From positions 1 to 61,536 of the forward strand of contig VCAY01000003.1 in NCBI GenBank assembly GCA_013607635.1: 61,536 bases of DNA, in the 5' to 3' direction. The stretch comes from Campylobacterota bacterium. Its GTDB lineage: Bacteria; Campylobacterota; Campylobacteria; Campylobacterales; Sulfurimonadaceae. How positions within the stretch are numbered: the first letter of the stretch is position 1; the number at the start of each line of letters is the position of its first letter. Made by a program: the position numbers and the translations under genes. Positions 31,403 to 42,575 of the stretch are shown piece by piece. The notes beneath the pieces are model-generated. The model was not told where the DNA came from. It was given only the letters and a program-made list of their open reading frames with translations, and did no database searches.

Positions 31403-32048
31403 GTTTGTACCCTATACCGCGAATATTTTTAAAGTTTAGCTTTGGAAGTAACTGCTTGAGTCGGTTGATGTAAACCCGCACAGCTCCCTCGCTGCCACCC
31501 TCACCCATAGCATAAAGCTCATCTAAAATCATCTCTTTAGATACCACCTCATTGGCATGTTTTACAAAAAGCGCCAACAGCTCAAACTCTTTACGTGAGA
31601 GATCGAGTGCTTGAGAGTGGTAGTAGATTGTTTTATGGGTATAATCGACACACAGATCACACGCACAGATGCGCTCTTTTTTCTTTGTGCGTCTAAGAAG
31701 TGCATTGATACGAAGCAAAAGCTCATCGTTGTCAAACGGTTTGGCGATGTAGTCATCCCCACCACTTAAAAAACCCTCTTGAAGTTTCTCTTTTTCTTTG
31801 TGGGAGGTTACAAAGATCGCCGGTGTTGCATCCTCGGCACAACGAAGCTCTTTTAAAAGTGTAATGCCATCGATGATGGGAACATTGATATCAAGCAGGT
31901 AAAGATCAAACTGCGATTGAAATGTGGCATCGAGTGCTGCTTGACCATTAGGGCAAAGTACAACCTCATACCCCTCCTCTTCTAGCATATCGACAAGACT
32001 CTCCCCAAACAGAGGATCATCTTCCAAAAGCAAAATCTTACTCGACAC
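31392..32048 (-). CDS. OmpR-family response regulator
   Basis: [26 protein letters not shown]; GTG start at 32048 overlapping the pyrC end. Confidence 0.92.
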   Translation of the reverse strand: MSSKILLLEDDPLFGESLVDMLEEEGYEVVLCPNGQAALDATFQSQFDLYLLDINVPIIDGITLLKELRCAEDATPAIFVTSHKEKEKLQEGFLSGGDDYIAKPFDNDELLLRINALLRRTKKKERICACDLCVDYTHKTIYYHSQALDLSRKEFELLALFVKHANEVVSKEMILDELYAMGEGGSEGAVRVYINRLKQLLPKLNFKNIRGIGYKLVC

Positions 32049-33045
32049 TCTCAATCGCCCAATTAAGTGTCTCTCCCGCATAGATCGGCACAACACCTGC
32101 GTAGTTTTCAGGCACGACAAATGGTCGCTTCTCTAGCACCACCTCTTTAAACTCAGGGCAGATGCCATAGATGCTTTGTGCATTGTCACTCACAAACGCC
32201 TGCAGGTTATCTAGCTTGTCAAACTGCTCAAATATCTCACACAAAAGCTGCAGGGCAATAGGGGCTGTAAATACACCAGCCGCACAGCCGCATGACTCTT
32301 TTTTGTGTTGTGGATGTGGTGCAGAGTCACCTCCAAACATCACCTTTGGGTGTGCATCGAGCGCTACGCTTAAAAGTGCGTCTAAATCCTCAGGGCGTTT
32401 AGCGATCGGCTTACAAAAAAGGTGTGGTTGCATCATCCCACCCACAACATCATCGAGGGTAATAAGCAAGTGATGCACAGTGATTGTTGCATAAAGGTTT
32501 TCATACTTATCAAGCATCGCTACCGCTTCTTTGGTGGTGATATGCTCCATGATGATCTTAAGATTTGGAAAACTCTTCGCTAACTCCTCATAGATACCCA
32601 TAAACTCCGCTTCACGATCCATCACAAACCCATCTGTCTCACCATGTACACACAAAGGTATGCCAAGCTCCGCCATCGTCTCAAGTGTTGGACCCATCTC
32701 CTCGATATCAAACGAGCTCACTCCCCCTTCTGAATTTGTCGTGATCCCTGCCGGATAAAGCTTGATCGCCGTGATCTCCTCAGCCACATCAACAAGAAAA
32801 TCTTTGTCGTAGTTTTGGTAAAACAGCGTCATATACGGCTCAAAATAGTCATTTGGCACCGCCGCCATGATCCGCTCTTTGTAAGCGATCACATCCTCTT
32901 TTGTTGTAACAGGCGGAACAAGATTAGGCATGATAATAGCACCGCTAAAGCTGTACGCTGAGAGTGGCGCGATATTTTCTAGCATCACACCGTCTCGCAG
33001 GTGCAGGTGCATATCTAGCGGCATTAAAAGTGTATGGGTTTTCAT
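32038..33045 (-). CDS. pyrC: Dihydroorotase (homodimeric type)
   Basis: [36 protein letters not shown]. Confidence 0.96.
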   Translation of the reverse strand: MKTHTLLMPLDMHLHLRDGVMLENIAPLSAYSFSGAIIMPNLVPPVTTKEDVIAYKERIMAAVPNDYFEPYMTLFYQNYDKDFLVDVAEEITAIKLYPAGITTNSEGGVSSFDIEEMGPTLETMAELGIPLCVHGETDGFVMDREAEFMGIYEELAKSFPNLKIIMEHITTKEAVAMLDKYENLYATITVHHLLITLDDVVGGMMQPHLFCKPIAKRPEDLDALLSVALDAHPKVMFGGDSAPHPQHKKESCGCAAGVFTAPIALQLLCEIFEQFDKLDNLQAFVSDNAQSIYGICPEFKEVVLEKRPFVVPENYAGVVPIYAGETLNWAIESVE

Positions 33046-34400
33046 AGAGCATCCTTTGCATTTTGTATAAGTTTATTGAGGGCATCTTCGTATTTTTGGG
33101 CGTCCTCTTTGGAAGTGGATTCAAAACGAGTAACTAAAACCGGTGTTGTATTTGATGCGCGCACCAATCCCCAACCGTTTTCAAAATTGATCCTCACACC
33201 ATCTACCTCGATAATATCTTTGATAGCAGGAAACTCTTTCGGTGGATTTTTTAATAACTCTTTGATCTTATCGATCAGCAAAAATTTCTCCTGCTCTGTT
33301 GTCTCCACCTTAATCTCCTCAGTTGCAAACACTTCAGGCAGTTTTTCAAGTTCCACGTCAAGTTCAACTCCATCTTGCACAAGCTCAAGCATCCTCAAAG
33401 TAGCGTAAATCGCATCATCATACCCAAAATATCTGTGTTTAAAAAAGATATGCCCACTCACTTCACACGCTAGATCAGCATCAAGCTCTTGCATCTTCAC
33501 TTTGAGGTTTGAGTGACCCGTTTTATACATCACTGCTTTAGCACCCCGTTTTTCAAGCTCATCATACATCACTTGTGAGCATTTAACTTCACCAATGATT
33601 GTAGGGTTTTGAATCTTCATCGCATAAAGCAGTGCCATCATATCGCCCTTGATGTTATTTTTATGAGTCAGTAGCGCAATGCGATCAGCATCACCATCAT
33701 AGGCAAAAGCGATATCTCCCTCTTTTGCAAGCAACGCTTTGACATCTTCAAGGTTTTTAGCAACCGATGGGTCTGGGTGGTGGTTTGGAAATGTTCCGTC
33801 TGGCTCGATATAAAGCCCTTTTGTATTGAGTGATAGTTTGTCAAAAATTTCCGGCAACACCACTCCAGCAACACCGTTGCCGCAATCATACACTATCTTA
33901 GTATCCATACCCTTTAGATGGGCAAACTGCTCCACCATATAGTCGATATATCTGCTTTTTGCATCAATCTTTGTTACTTTCCTATCCGTTTTTGGCACAG
34001 AATCCAAAGCTTCACACTCATGCCCAAGTGCGTAGATATCTTCTCCGAAAAACGGTGCTTTATCGATGGTGATCTTAAAGCCGTTGTATTGGCTTGGATT
34101 GTGTGAGCCGGTAATCATCACAGAAGCAGACGGCGTAATCCCATCCCATTGCTGATAGTTGGTAAAATAGTTCACCGGCGTAGGTACAAGTCCCATATCA
34201 AGCACTTTTTTCCCACCTGCATTAAGACCTGCTACAAGGTATTTAAACAAGATTGGAGAATGGATTCTGGCATCATACCCAACCGCCACATACTCACCCT
34301 TGATCTTTGAAGCCAAAACATAACCGATCTTTGTGACACTTTGCTCATTTAGCTCTTTTTTATAAATACCACGAATATCATATTCTCTGTAGATGCTCAT
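33042..34400 (-). CDS. Phosphomannomutase/phosphoglucomutase
   Basis: REYDIRG, TGSHNP, DGDADR, RASNTTP. Confidence 0.94.
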   Translation of the reverse strand: MSIYREYDIRGIYKKELNEQSVTKIGYVLASKIKGEYVAVGYDARIHSPILFKYLVAGLNAGGKKVLDMGLVPTPVNYFTNYQQWDGITPSASVMITGSHNPSQYNGFKITIDKAPFFGEDIYALGHECEALDSVPKTDRKVTKIDAKSRYIDYMVEQFAHLKGMDTKIVYDCGNGVAGVVLPEIFDKLSLNTKGLYIEPDGTFPNHHPDPSVAKNLEDVKALLAKEGDIAFAYDGDADRIALLTHKNNIKGDMMALLYAMKIQNPTIIGEVKCSQVMYDELEKRGAKAVMYKTGHSNLKVKMQELDADLACEVSGHIFFKHRYFGYDDAIYATLRMLELVQDGVELDVELEKLPEVFATEEIKVETTEQEKFLLIDKIKELLKNPPKEFPAIKDIIEVDGVRINFENGWGLVRASNTTPVLVTRFESTSKEDAQKYEDALNKLIQNAKDAL

Positions 34401-34487
34401 AAACTACCCTAAATCTGTTGTTATTTTACGAAATTGTACACTTTTGTAGATTAAATTAACGAATTTGCATAAAAAAGGCAAAAATTA

Positions 34488-34496
34488 TGCTATACT
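34488..34496 (+). promoter_or_regulatory. Extended -10 promoter of the cold-shock gene
   Basis: TGcTATACT about 116 nt upstream of the ATG. Confidence 0.55.
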
Positions 34497-34612
34497 GTCC
34501 TCTAGTGAAAGATGAGGTGCGATTTCATCTTTAGTGTGTTTGTTCTACCCGTGTAAAACCTCTCTCTAAAGACTCTCCAAAATTCTACACAATTTTATAA
34601 CAAGGTTGCTTT

Positions 34613-34831
34613 ATGGCAGAATTAGTAAACGGATCAATCAAATGGTTCAACGATGAAAAAGGTTATGGTTTTATCCAACAAGACAATGGCGGTAAAGATG
34701 TATTTGTACATTTTCGTCAGGTAAACAATCCACACGGTGGAAGAGTTTCTTTAGAAGATGGTCAAAGAGTTACATTTGAGATCGGTGAAGGGCAAAAAGG
34801 TCTAGAAGCTCAAAACGTAACTGCAGTTTAA
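34613..34831 (+). CDS. Cold-shock protein (CspA family)
   Basis: KWFN-EKGYGFI (RNP1), DVFVHF (RNP2). Confidence 0.96.
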   Translation: MAELVNGSIKWFNDEKGYGFIQQDNGGKDVFVHFRQVNNPHGGRVSLEDGQRVTFEIGEGQKGLEAQNVTAV

Positions 34832-35331
34832 TTCAGGTTAAACGCTCTTATTTTCAGCGTAATACGCTGTTTATCTGGTAGAGTTATATCTACCAGATAA
34901 CTTTTTGGTTTATTTTTACTCTCATACACCTTAAACCCCTTCACCTCCAAAAGCATATCGGCATCAAAAAAATCCTCACTGTTCAGTGGCAGATGTAATG
35001 GTTGCAGAGATTCTAATCTGTAAAGTTTTTTCTCTCGCACAAGGTATCTAATGTAGGGATGAATACGATCGTGCAAAGAGTGACTTGATTGCAAAGACAC
35101 AAGATCAATAGTTTTCTCTTCAGAGGTTATCTTTAACTTATCTAAAGCTTGAGTAATATCTAAGAAAATCGTTTTTTTGATGCGTTGCAAATGTTTGATT
35201 TGATCAACTTTTTTTACATAAACCCCTCTTTGTAAATTAAGCTCTGCATAGCTTTTATACAAAAACACCATAATGATAGAGAGCAATACAATCGCTATCA
35301 TCAATTCTATCAAAGAAAAAGCTTTTCTCAT
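34828..35331 (-). CDS. Minor pseudopilin (GspJ-like)
   Basis: Prepilin signal KA|[13 protein letters not shown]. Confidence 0.75.
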   Translation of the reverse strand: MRKAFSLIELMIAIVLLSIIMVFLYKSYAELNLQRGVYVKKVDQIKHLQRIKKTIFLDITQALDKLKITSEEKTIDLVSLQSSHSLHDRIHPYIRYLVREKKLYRLESLQPLHLPLNSEDFFDADMLLEVKGFKVYESKNKPKSYLVDITLPDKQRITLKIRAFNLN

Positions 35332-35726
35332 TGCAAGCGCACCCGCATCATTGTTGCTGTATAATCTGGTAGTTTAATCTTATCAACTCCCATCTCCAAT
35401 GCACCACCACTAGGCAACTCAATGCTATTGACCTTTTCATATTTGAGATCCATAGAGTGGGAACGAAGTGAGCGTTTAAGATCGCTTTGTATATCAAAAT
35501 CATCAACAAATTTATCAAGAGTAACGCGCTCTTTCTCAAAACCATACTTCTCTCCAACCCCAAGCAAAAAACTTAGCTGGAAATTCTTTAGTGAGTGTTG
35601 CTCTACCCTTTGAAGCTGATAGTTACTATCCCCTCGCATCTGCAAAAGCGCAGCGATCACAACACTCACAATGAGCGTCGCGATCATCACCTCCATAAGG
35701 GTAAAGGCTTTGCGTTTGCTACTCAT
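35328..35726 (-). CDS. Minor pseudopilin (GspI-like)
   Basis: Prepilin signal KA|FTLMEVMIA; start moved to ATG 35726. Confidence 0.72.
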   Translation of the reverse strand: MSSKRKAFTLMEVMIATLIVSVVIAALLQMRGDSNYQLQRVEQHSLKNFQLSFLLGVGEKYGFEKERVTLDKFVDDFDIQSDLKRSLRSHSMDLKYEKVNSIELPSGGALEMGVDKIKLPDYTATMMRVRLQ

Positions 35727-37239
35727 GCCCCAAACCGATACGGATCGCTTCATCCAACGATGTCTCACCACTTAAAAGCATCATCTTTAACTGTTTGGCT
35801 ATTGTCTGCAGTCCATCTTTTTCAAGTTGTGTCTTGATAGTATGCTCATCTGTTGTGGTTTTTAGCAACTCTTTGATGCTCTCTTGCATCACCAAAAGCT
35901 CCCCAATCGATCTTCGCCCTTCATAACCTGTATAGTTGCATATTTTGCAACCTTTTGCTTTGTAGATTTTTGCATCTTTTGGAAGATCATAATCACTTGT
36001 AAACTCCTCTGCAAGATTATCCTCCTCTTTACATTCACTACACAAAACACGCACAAGTCGTTGTGCCAAGATACCAAGCAGTGATGAGGAGATCAAAAAC
36101 GGCTCAATCTTCATATCAACAAGTCTTGAGATGGTTGCTGCTGCTGAGTTGGTGTGTAGGGTTGAGAACACCAAGTGCCCTGTAAGTGCGGCACGAACAG
36201 CGATCGCTGCTGTCTCTTCATCACGAATCTCACCGATCATCACCACGTCGGGATCTTGTCTGAGGATCGAGCGAAGCGCTGCAGCAAAAGTGAGTCCCAC
36301 TTTTTCATTGACCTGAATCTGCGAGATATTATCACTTTTATACTCAACAGGGTCTTCAACAGTTATAAGGTTTTTATGGGGTGCTTCTACCTCTCGCAAA
36401 AAGGAGTGCAGTGAGGTTGTTTTACCACTTCCCGTAGGTCCCGTTACCAAGATGATCCCATGAGAGGATCGCAAAAGTCTCGTAACATCCCCTATGAGCG
36501 AGTCGTTAAACCCAAGTTCTGAGATGTGTGGGATCTGCGCACTTGTCATCAAAAGCCGCATAACAACCCGCTCCCCATAAAATGTCGGTAAGATCGACAC
36601 CCTAACATCAAGCACTTCACCCGCTATTTTAATCTGTGTACGACCATCTTGGGGGATCCTTTTTTCTGAGATATCAAGGTTCGATATTACTTTGATACGG
36701 CTAATCACAAGAGCTACAATCTTCTTATCAAGATCAGCATTTTTAGTAAGCATCCCATCGATCCTAAAGCGCACTTCACCCCTGTTTTCATGCACCTCTA
36801 TGTGAATATCGGAAGCCTTTTTTTTCACCGCCTGATAAAACAGGGCATTCACAAACTTGATAACAGGAGCTGACTCTTCACTTGTTAAAATGTCACTCGA
36901 TGTTCGCAAGAAATCAGTTAGCGAGATATCCTCATCTTCAGCTTCAACCTGAGAAGAATCCTCCTGCATCGTTTCGATCTCTTTGTCGGTTCTAAGCTCA
37001 AGGTAACGGTTGTAAAGCCTCTCAAAAGAGTCCTCATCCAAAAGCTCAAAAGGGTACTCATCTTGGAGTTTTGTAAAAAGGTTGCTTGCTTTTGCAAAAT
37101 AACGCTGTGTGGTAAAAGCGACTGTTTTTCCATCATATTGAGAAAAAAGAAGGTAATTTTTCACACAAAGGTTGGTCTCTATACCCTCGACTTCAAAAGG
37201 CTCAAGGCTTAGATCGTGTAAAGGCTCAATTTTTAGCAT
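35719..37239 (-). CDS. gspE: Type II secretion ATPase GspE/PulE
   Basis: ASDIHIE, PQDG, GPTGSGKTT, LRQDPD-GEIRD, TGH-STLHTN, CxxC pair; start ATG 37239. Confidence 0.92.
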   Translation of the reverse strand: MLKIEPLHDLSLEPFEVEGIETNLCVKNYLLFSQYDGKTVAFTTQRYFAKASNLFTKLQDEYPFELLDEDSFERLYNRYLELRTDKEIETMQEDSSQVEAEDEDISLTDFLRTSSDILTSEESAPVIKFVNALFYQAVKKKASDIHIEVHENRGEVRFRIDGMLTKNADLDKKIVALVISRIKVISNLDISEKRIPQDGRTQIKIAGEVLDVRVSILPTFYGERVVMRLLMTSAQIPHISELGFNDSLIGDVTRLLRSSHGIILVTGPTGSGKTTSLHSFLREVEAPHKNLITVEDPVEYKSDNISQIQVNEKVGLTFAAALRSILRQDPDVVMIGEIRDEETAAIAVRAALTGHLVFSTLHTNSAAATISRLVDMKIEPFLISSSLLGILAQRLVRVLCSECKEEDNLAEEFTSDYDLPKDAKIYKAKGCKICNYTGYEGRRSIGELLVMQESIKELLKTTTDEHTIKTQLEKDGLQTIAKQLKMMLLSGETSLDEAIRIGLGHE

Positions 37240-39049
37240 CGTTTTTCTCTGTGATCTCTTTGAAGATCTTTTGATTATACTTCTCTTGGATCTTTGAAAG
37301 CACACCAAGATCTTTTTGCAGTTGTGAAAGCTCCTCCGATTTATCTATCACATACGGAGTCAAGACTACAACAAGATTATCCTGCTGTCTTTGTTTTGAA
37401 GTAGATGTAAACAGTAACCCTAAAAGGGGGATATCACCCAGTAAAGGCACTTTTGATTCCTGTTGCGTTTCGTAAGTTTTGACAAGTCCACCGATGATGA
37501 TACTCTCCCCATGACGCAAGATAGCCTGTGTTTTAACCTCCTGCTTTGAAGTCACAGGCTGACCGGTGGCATTTTTACTTCCATCATCGAGTACATTTTC
37601 TAAAACAGCTTCAACATCAAGTGTCACCTTATCTTTAGAAGAGACACGAGGTTTTATCTTTAGTTTCAAACCTACATCTTCGCGTTTAAATGATGTTGTT
37701 GTACTTCCAGCAGCAGCTGTTGTTCCTGAGTTTACAGAGATGGTTTTACCTACATAGATGGAAGATTCCCTGTTATTTGTACACAATATCGAAGGATTAG
37801 AAACTGATTGTGCCGCACCATTATTCTGCAAAAAATTAACTGCTGCATTTAATGCAAGTGCCGATTTTGTGACCCCTATTACATTGTTCCCTAAAGAATC
37901 TGTAATTACTTTTATTGCAGAACTTGTTAGTACCTCTGAACCAAAATTCGCACTCATTGCATATAATCCAGAACTTGAAATATCACCTACAGAAAACCCA
38001 TACTTAATACCAATATCTTTACTTTTATCTTTGTTTATTTCTACAATCTTTGCCTGTACATACACCTGAAACTTCTCTTTATCAAGTTCGTCAATAATCT
38101 TTTTTAACCCTTTTAGCACAAGAGGATCACCAATAACTACGATCGAGTTGATCTCATCACTTGCTGAGATATTTGGCTTCATCGCCGGATCTTTAAATAT
38201 TTGCTTGGAGACAATGTCTGTGAGCGTCTTGAGTACTGCTTTTGCATCGGAGTTTTTAAGTTTAAATATCTGTACGGTTGAGTTGATGTTTGACTCTACA
38301 TCGAGTTTTTTAACGATCTTTTGCATCGCTTCGACACTCTCTTTGCTTCCAACAAGTATTAAACCGTTAATGTTTTCATCCAGTACAATTTTGACACTTT
38401 GAGTAGCAACATTTGGCTGAAACATCGACTTAACGATCTTATTAAGCTTAGGACTCAGTTTTTTTGCTTCGGTATTTTGAAGATACACAACTTCAATAGT
38501 GTTTTTTTGCTGCATATTGAGCTTACTAATCACTTTTTTGATTGTTTCAATATTTTTTGGATAATCTGTTATCAAAAGAGTGTTACTCTCTTTCATCGTC
38601 ACTAGCTTGGCAGTTTTTGAGATAAGATAACGCACTTTTGATGCAACAAGATCAACATTGGCATCTTTTATCTGTATCGCTTGTGTCACCATAGTGCTAC
38701 TATCAATATTTCGTTTTTTAGAAGAGATTACCGGTAAACTGTGTTTTGCTGCTTCACTCGATCGAACAATCTCATAAAACGAACCATTTGCAACGAGTGT
38801 ATATCCCTTAGACTCAAGGACAGATACAAGTAGATCCATTAGTTCATCATCGTAGATAGGCTGCGTTGTTATAAAGTTAACCGTACCGTTAATCTTGGTA
38901 TTCACAAGGATATTTTTATGTGTTACCTTCGATATCAGTTTGATAAAGTCTGCAATTTGCAAGTTTGCAAAGTTCACATTGACTTTTTGTCGTGCCTCAA
39001 GTGTAGCAACCAAAAGTGTAACGATAAACAGTATCTTAATGTATTTCAT
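37226..39049 (-). CDS. gspD: Secretin GspD
   Basis: Signal peptide, N0 domain (VNFAN..FIK), repeated N domains, secretin motifs DVGLKLKIKP and KVPLLGDIPLLG-LF. Confidence 0.92.
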   Translation of the reverse strand: MKYIKILFIVTLLVATLEARQKVNVNFANLQIADFIKLISKVTHKNILVNTKINGTVNFITTQPIYDDELMDLLVSVLESKGYTLVANGSFYEIVRSSEAAKHSLPVISSKKRNIDSSTMVTQAIQIKDANVDLVASKVRYLISKTAKLVTMKESNTLLITDYPKNIETIKKVISKLNMQQKNTIEVVYLQNTEAKKLSPKLNKIVKSMFQPNVATQSVKIVLDENINGLILVGSKESVEAMQKIVKKLDVESNINSTVQIFKLKNSDAKAVLKTLTDIVSKQIFKDPAMKPNISASDEINSIVVIGDPLVLKGLKKIIDELDKEKFQVYVQAKIVEINKDKSKDIGIKYGFSVGDISSSGLYAMSANFGSEVLTSSAIKVITDSLGNNVIGVTKSALALNAAVNFLQNNGAAQSVSNPSILCTNNRESSIYVGKTISVNSGTTAAAGSTTTSFKREDVGLKLKIKPRVSSKDKVTLDVEAVLENVLDDGSKNATGQPVTSKQEVKTQAILRHGESIIIGGLVKTYETQQESKVPLLGDIPLLGLLFTSTSKQRQQDNLVVVLTPYVIDKSEELSQLQKDLGVLSKIQEKYNQKIFKEITEKNDAKN

Positions 39050-39845
39050 AAATTATTTCCTTTTCTTGATTATCTCTTAACACTATCAAAGAGAGTGTGT
39101 CTATTTTATTAATATTTGCATAAAGATCCATCACAGCCTTATAAGAATTAAGCTCCTGATTATTTGCCCGAATGATCATATCCCCTTTTCTAAGACCCAA
39201 TTGCGCCATTTTTGATCCTTTTTTAACCCGCTTAACCTTGAACCCTACAATCCTCTTACCTTCAAATACCTCATCGATCGCGATATCTCTCCATATCTGC
39301 TTTGGATGTCTGGCATAATAGCCTATATCTGAGCGTTGAACTTTATACTCCTCTTGCTCTGACAAACTATTTTTTACAGGTTGTATATGCTTGGATTGCT
39401 GGATCTGTTGAGATTTGATACGAAGCACATACTCTTGAGTACCTCTTTGAAAAACAACACTCTGTGGTTCAATCCTCTTAAGTTTATAGCCGGCATAATA
39501 CTCACCCACCCCCACAACTGTTGTTGCACCCGGAGCATTTTTTTTCGCAACAATTGCAAACCCAAATTCACCACTACCGTAAAGCCCTTTAAGGATCAGA
39601 TTGTTGATGCTCATTGAAGCGGTTTGTGCTTTTTTTGGTGGAGTGATATGCACTTTTGTTTTGGCAAGCATATTGCTAAAATCTATGCGCTTATAAGTTT
39701 GTGTATAGTTATGTTGTTGCTTCAAATCAACCCCATTAGCAGGCAAAAACCACCACAACAGCAATGACAACAGTTTTGCAAACAAAGCGATATACAAGAG
39801 GTTTGTGATCACCTTTAACCACGGAGAGCTAGAAAGCTTCTTCAT
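39036..39845 (-). CDS. GspC-like protein with PDZ domain
   Basis: TM helix, HR-like segment (LKGLY..AIV..VGE), C-terminal PDZ (LGLRKGDMI-RAN); upstream of gspD. Confidence 0.8.
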   Translation of the reverse strand: MKKLSSSPWLKVITNLLYIALFAKLLSLLLWWFLPANGVDLKQQHNYTQTYKRIDFSNMLAKTKVHITPPKKAQTASMSINNLILKGLYGSGEFGFAIVAKKNAPGATTVVGVGEYYAGYKLKRIEPQSVVFQRGTQEYVLRIKSQQIQQSKHIQPVKNSLSEQEEYKVQRSDIGYYARHPKQIWRDIAIDEVFEGKRIVGFKVKRVKKGSKMAQLGLRKGDMIIRANNQELNSYKAVMDLYANINKIDTLSLIVLRDNQEKEIIYEIH

Positions 39846-40359
39846 ATTCATACCCCCCATTAGTTTGTTTTTTTAACATCCTTAGCGAACTGCCATATTT
39901 TTGCTGCATCAGTTTTGAAGGTGTTAGATGGAGTGAGATGTTTTGATCAAGTAGTTTTAACTGTGCTTTAGCCTGACCAAATGCACCATCTGCATCTAAA
40001 GTTACAGCCAACGGATACAGAAGATGATATTTCACCTTAAGTGTTACAACCTTTGGCGGTATAAAATTTGCAGCCATCCCTCCAAGATTGATCCCATCTG
40101 CTTCAAGGGCGTTATAAAATCCAAGTAAAGTTATGCGCAGATTTGCAACCTTGGCAACATCTACCCCTTGCACATAGATTGTAGCATCTTTTACCTCTAG
40201 CCAAAACAGGTTGTCTTCAAGCTCTTGGGCATCAATAACTACTCCATAGGGCTGTAACTCTTTTTCAATAAGATAGTAAACACTCTCTTTTGGGGTAAAA
40301 ACAACAAGCGCTAAAAGGAAGAACAAAAAATAGCCAAACAGTTTTAAAAACTTTCTCAT
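39829..40359 (-). CDS. GspN-like protein
   Basis: N-terminal anchor ending F-P, beta-rich remainder, position in cluster. Confidence 0.45.
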   Translation of the reverse strand: MRKFLKLFGYFLFFLLALVVFTPKESVYYLIEKELQPYGVVIDAQELEDNLFWLEVKDATIYVQGVDVAKVANLRITLLGFYNALEADGINLGGMAANFIPPKVVTLKVKYHLLYPLAVTLDADGAFGQAKAQLKLLDQNISLHLTPSKLMQQKYGSSLRMLKKQTNGGYEYEEAF

Positions 40360-40763
40360 AGTGCTATCTCCAAAGTGAGTGAAGCAGTATCGTCATCAAT
40401 ACGCTTAATCGTAAATTGCTTGATATTGTACGAGCTGTTAAACAATTTGCCAAACAACGAGTTAAGCTGTACGACACCAATCTTCTTACTTTGCAACACC
40501 ATAGCATTTTTTGTTATTTTTTTTGTGATCGATGCAGTTTTGAGTGATGGTTGGCGTAATATTCTGTTAATAGCGCTTTGTGTTTTGTTTTTATTAGCAT
40601 AGATCTTTTTCAAAGCTGCCAGATCGATCGCCATCATCTCAAGTTTTTTATACTCCTGCTTAGCCTCTTGAAGCTGCTGTTTTTTCAGACTCACATTGTA
40701 ACCCAAAAAAAGTGCAAAAGTGATAAGCAGCGCTGCTATGTGAAGTGGATCAACCTGTTTCAT
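40356..40763 (-). CDS. GspM-like protein
   Basis: TM helix, coiled coil and small C-terminal domain; follows the GspL-like gene. Confidence 0.45.
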   Translation of the reverse strand: MKQVDPLHIAALLITFALFLGYNVSLKKQQLQEAKQEYKKLEMMAIDLAALKKIYANKNKTQSAINRILRQPSLKTASITKKITKNAMVLQSKKIGVVQLNSLFGKLFNSSYNIKQFTIKRIDDDTASLTLEIAL

Positions 40764-41692
40764 AGCTGCACCTTCATATCTAATAGATCACCTTGAAGCT
40801 GTGTGTTTAGCTTCTTTTTTGCCGCTTTTAGTTGTTTTGCAAGGGTGTTTTGGAGGTTTTTTGTAGCCCCGCTAATCGTTACATGCAACACCCCTTGTTC
40901 AAGCGCCACTAGAGTAATCTTTTGCTTTTTTTGCAGTTTTATCCGTAAAATTGCAGCGATATATTCACGTAACTTCGTCTGTTTTTCAAATATCTTTTTA
41001 TAACGCTTATGGATCGATCTGTTTTGCAACATCGTTGGCAAAAGATTGTACTTGCTAAAAAGCTGAGATTTCTCCTCCTCGATCTGCATGATCTTCTGAT
41101 CTGTAACAAACCACTCTACCGATAAGATAACAATAAACAGACTCATCACAACTACCAGCTTAGTGATCGAGCTTTTTTCGATAATGTGAGCGTAATGTTG
41201 CAGGTGTATTTTGTTGTTAGAGAGTTTAAGATCTTCTAGCTCAAGCAAATGGGTATCTTCTACCCATTTTTTTGGTGCAATACTAATGATCCCATCTTGC
41301 TCTATAAGCACTTGGTTCTCATCTATCGCACTTGGAAGTTGCGACATAAGCTCCGTTTGTGCAAAATAAACCCCCGCTACTTGAGCAACATCGATCCCCT
41401 TTTGCGCCAAAAGGTCGATAATCTTCTTGTCTTGATATGCAAAGATAAAAAAATCATCATCGATTTTAAACACCGTGTAGCTGTAGTTTCCCTCCGGTAA
41501 GATATCTTCAAAGAGTGAGGGGATCAGTTTTTTAACCTGGTGGGTATATTTTATGGGCAACTGTAACTTTTGTACCCAATAAAGTGCAGGTGAGAGGATA
41601 ATATCAAAACCTGCATCACCCTGTGATGCTATCTGATCCATCTGTGGATCAATAAACAACACCTTTTTTGGTTTGTTAAACATTAAAAACAA
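40760..41692 (-). CDS. GspL-like protein
   Basis: Cytoplasmic domain (LP..KLIPSLFED), single TM, periplasmic tail; position in cluster. Confidence 0.5.
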   Translation of the reverse strand: MFLMFNKPKKVLFIDPQMDQIASQGDAGFDIILSPALYWVQKLQLPIKYTHQVKKLIPSLFEDILPEGNYSYTVFKIDDDFFIFAYQDKKIIDLLAQKGIDVAQVAGVYFAQTELMSQLPSAIDENQVLIEQDGIISIAPKKWVEDTHLLELEDLKLSNNKIHLQHYAHIIEKSSITKLVVVMSLFIVILSVEWFVTDQKIMQIEEEKSQLFSKYNLLPTMLQNRSIHKRYKKIFEKQTKLREYIAAILRIKLQKKQKITLVALEQGVLHVTISGATKNLQNTLAKQLKAAKKKLNTQLQGDLLDMKVQL

Positions 41693-42575
41693 AGTTATAC
41701 TCCCTCTTGTTTGCTATATCATACTCAAATTGGATATGTGCGGAATAATCGTCCCTAATTATATCTATTTTTACTAACAAATAGGGCTCAAAAGTACTTA
41801 TTTTAAATTTTTGTAAACGACTTTTCGCATCCTCGCTAAGTTCGATCATATTAATATCGGTATAAACCACTCCGGAATGAGCCAAAAGTTTTGCTTGTTC
41901 TTGATCAACACCCGTCAGCAGTTCCCACGTTTGCGGTGTTGCATAATTAAGATCGATCGAACTATTCTCATCTTTGTTAAAAGAAAAAAGCTCTTGTGTG
42001 TCTAAAGCCTCTAGCGCATTATCTGCATACTCATTTTTATAAAAGGTATTGATCTTCTCTAAGTGCCTCTTTGATGCAAGATAATCTCGAAACAGCTCCC
42101 TCTCCTCTTCAAAGATCCTGCTTTTATAGATCTGATCTTCTCTTATTCCACCAATACAGTCTTGCAACATATCAACATATTCATCGCGCACACCATGGTA
42201 GCTAAAGTATTGGCGCAAATAGGGTTCATTCATGCTGTTAAGATTGTGAAGATTAAACTTTGTTCTTGCGCTACCAATGTGGATCACAACCTTGGCATCA
42301 CCATATTCATAACTCAACAAGCCATTTTCACTAAGAAATAAAAAAAGGTTTTGCGCCCCGTTTTCACCTGTAATCTCACTTAGTAGCGGTGATGTTTTTA
42401 AGATATTGAGTATATCTTCTACATACAAAGCACTCTCATAGATATAGCGCTCATCTACCACCTCTTTTTGTGATTCATTCACCTGTTTAAGAATGTAGCC
42501 TATTGTTGCCGTGATTACAATTACAAACATCACCGTTATAAGCAGGGCTATCCCTTTTCTTAGATGTAACACCAT
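41676..42575 (-). CDS. GspK-like minor pseudopilin
   Basis: RKG|IALLITV prepilin lacking Glu5 as in GspK; KFNL and IDLNYA motifs. Confidence 0.7.
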   Translation of the reverse strand: MVLHLRKGIALLITVMFVIVITATIGYILKQVNESQKEVVDERYIYESALYVEDILNILKTSPLLSEITGENGAQNLFLFLSENGLLSYEYGDAKVVIHIGSARTKFNLHNLNSMNEPYLRQYFSYHGVRDEYVDMLQDCIGGIREDQIYKSRIFEEERELFRDYLASKRHLEKINTFYKNEYADNALEALDTQELFSFNKDENSSIDLNYATPQTWELLTGVDQEQAKLLAHSGVVYTDINMIELSEDAKSRLQKFKISTFEPYLLVKIDIIRDDYSAHIQFEYDIANKREYNFVFNV

